A program made the position numbers and the translations under genes. DNA of 63,788 nt, filler included, from Octopus bimaculoides (Eukaryota), in the NCBI RefSeq assembly GCF_001194135.2. It is 8 parts of 8 records of this genome, joined end to end, with 100 filler letters (N's around TTAATTAATTAA, not from the genome) between each part and the next. Parts side by side here need not be neighbours in the genome. Positions count along the whole stretch, not along the records: positions 61,131 to 62,517 come from NC_069008.1; positions 62,618 to 63,788 come from NC_068983.1; 6 more parts are not named here. One strand, 5' to 3'. Below the pieces are notes generated by a model. It saw nothing but the letters and a program-made list of their open reading frames with translations. It was not told the origin of the DNA and made no database searches. Position 1 is the stretch's first letter. Every line of letters starts with the position of its first letter. Shown in pieces: positions 61,630 through 63,788 of this stretch.

Positions 61630-62195
61630 AATTGGTTATTGATTGGCGTATTTCCATTTCTATTTCTAACAGACATGTTTCTGTTTTTTTTCTGTTTTGA
61701 ATTCCAAAACTGAAAATCTTGAAAGTAGAAAAGAAAGAAAAATAATTTAAAAAAAAAGGAATAATAATAATAATAATACAAGAAAAATCTTGCGCCTACT
61801 CAAATTTATATTGCTGTCATCATCATCGTCATCATTGTCATCATCGTCATCACCATCATTATCATTGTCATCATTTGTCGCTATTGTTGTCGTCATTGTC
61901 ATCGTCATCATCATCATCACCACCAAAACCACCACCACCACCACCACCAACCACCACCACCAACCACCACCACTACAACCATCACATGATGTCAATACTA
62001 GGAGACACAAAGGCAGCAAGATGGCTGCACCAGGCTCCAATCTGATCTGGCAAGGTTTCTACAGCTGGATGCCCTTCCTAACACCAACCACTCAGAGAGT
62101 GTAGAGGGTGCTTTTTACATGCCACCGGCACGAGGGCCAGTCAGGCAGTACTGGCAATGGCCATGCTCAAGTGGTGCTTTTTACGTGTCATTGGG

Positions 62196-62517
62196 GCTGG
62201 TGTGGTTATGGAGTAAGAAGCTTGCTTCCCAACCACATGGTTCTGAGTTCAGTCCCACTGTGTGGCACCTTGGGCAAGTGTCTTCTACTAGAGCCTTGGG
62301 CCGACCAAAGCCTTGTGAGTGGATTTGGTAGACGGAAACTGAAAGAAGCCCATTGTATATATATATATTTGTGTCTGTGTCTATCCAATCGTTGTTGGTG
62401 TGTTTATGTCCCCGTAACTTAGCAGTTCAGCAAAAGGGACTGATAGAATAGGTACCAGGCTCACAAAGAATAAGCTCAGGAGTCGATTTCTTTGACTAAA
62501 AGGTGGTGCTCCAGCAT
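62196..62517 (+). mobile_element. SINE family B copy
   Basis: cttcccaaccacatggttctgagttcagtcccactgtgtggcaccttgggcaagtg...ggtgctccagcat. Confidence 0.88.
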
Positions 62518-62597
62518 NNNNNNNNNNNNNNNNNNNNNNNNNNNNNNNNNNNNNNNNNNNNTTAATTAATTAANNNNNNNNNNNNNNNNNNNNNNNN

Positions 62598-63788
62598 NNN
62601 NNNNNNNNNNNNNNNNNTTTAACATGTTTTCTCTCTTGTGTGTAGCTAGAGGATGTTTGCTATTTCAAGGGACAGTGTGGGAGGCTGGTTGGGGTGAGGG
62701 GAAGGAAGAGCGAATTAAAAGGATTTTTTGTTTCTGGGCTAGTCTGTCATGGTTGCGTGGTGTTTTGGACTGGTCTTAAAGGTCAGAATGGTGTGAGTGT
62801 GTATGTATATACATGTGTTTGTGTGTGTGGACCGTTTTTACAATCCAAGAAATGCAGAAGCTTACACAATTATATACAAAAACATCCCACAGTTGAGTCA
62901 AGACCCACGTCTAAAAAAAGTACTCGCAACCCATAAAATAATAAAAAGTAAAAGACAACCCAAATCCCTAAAAAACCTACTTACCAATGCAAAATTATCC
63001 AACACAAGCCCACCACCCACCGTCAAAAAATGTGGTCGTTCCAACTGCAGGACTTACATCTACCTCATTGAAGGAACAACATACAAATTCTAGTCGGGAC
63101 ACACTTTTGTCATAAAAAATAANNNNNNNNNNACCTGCGCATCAAAGAATTTATTTTATGCCATAAGTTGTGAAGGGTGCCACAAAGATTATATAGGGCA
63201 AACGAGCCTGACCTTCAGAGAAAGGATGACAGTCCACCGCAAGACAGATACCACTTAGTGGGCACTTAGATCTCTGTGCACAAAACAAGTCCCCCAAATT
63301 CCTAATTTTCCCACTATACCAATGCCCGGACAACACCATTGATTAAACACTAATAAATAGGGAAAATAATCTTATTCAAAAATACAGACCACAACTCAAC
63401 ATACTCTAACTTACCACCCCAGGTACACACCCAGAATAAACACACATAGATGTACAAAATCACACACGCACATATACAATGCAAACCTTCGACGCAAAAC
63501 ACACACATACATATACACACAAGCACAATCCCAATATCCCCACACTAGAGCACAAACCCACACACATTCCAAGAAAAAACACATACACATATACACTTAC
63601 AATACGATTCTAGCAGCCATAACCAACACTCACACACACATACACACATACGTAAACACGTACATGCACACACCTATACACCACCCCGACAATTACAAAT
63701 CACATTCACACAAACACAGATACACACACAAACCCGCAAATACAACACAACCCACATAAACACGCACGCATATATGCACACATACACA
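62598..63788 (+). mobile_element. Penelope-like element 3' part: GIY-YIG endonuclease and CA-rich 3' UTR, with a possible inverted pLTR segment at 62598-62830
   Basis: IIKSKRQPKSLKNLLT, CGRSNC, LFYAISCEGCHKDYIGQT...RERMTVHR, NNLIQKYRPQLN; frameshifted. Confidence 0.85.

Noticed and set aside
1-63788. CRISPR arrays, rRNA or prokaryotic operons
   Set aside because: No regularly spaced repeat-spacer array or rRNA similarity is present, and the sequence is clearly intron-containing eukaryotic DNA.

Overview
Eukaryotic, AT-rich, gap-ridden genomic scaffold. The SINE families and the density of (TA)n/(CA)n/(AAT)n microsatellites suggest an octopus genome (inference, no database search run). One host gene is well supported: a minus-strand DNAJC21 (Jjj1-like J-domain/C2H2 co-chaperone) with 9 phase-consistent exons at 21901-32808; exon 1 and the C-terminal exon(s) are not visible. 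The rest is mostly mobile DNA: L1/Tx1-type LINE pieces (one with ORF1+ORF2, two apparently ORF1-only), a CR1-type LINE with an upstream Myb/SANT-like ORF, three Penelope-like elements (two near minimal hammerhead ribozyme motifs), a Chapaev-like transposase relic, several MITEs and at least five SINE families. The best leads are: (1) an ORF1-only Tx1-type element, plus a SINE variant that shares its 3' tail, both joined to the head of the same SINE family, which suggests SINE-targeted or self-nesting retrotransposition; (2) a Myb/SANT ORF1 on an APE-type LINE; (3) two hammerhead motifs; (4) three orphan minus-strand candidate exons, two with in-frame stops; (5) a G-U-rich pre-miRNA-like hairpin. 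Most ORFs in the supplied track are microsatellite or N-gap artefacts. TTAATTAATTAA inside N runs is an assembly linker, so contig order across those joins is uncertain.
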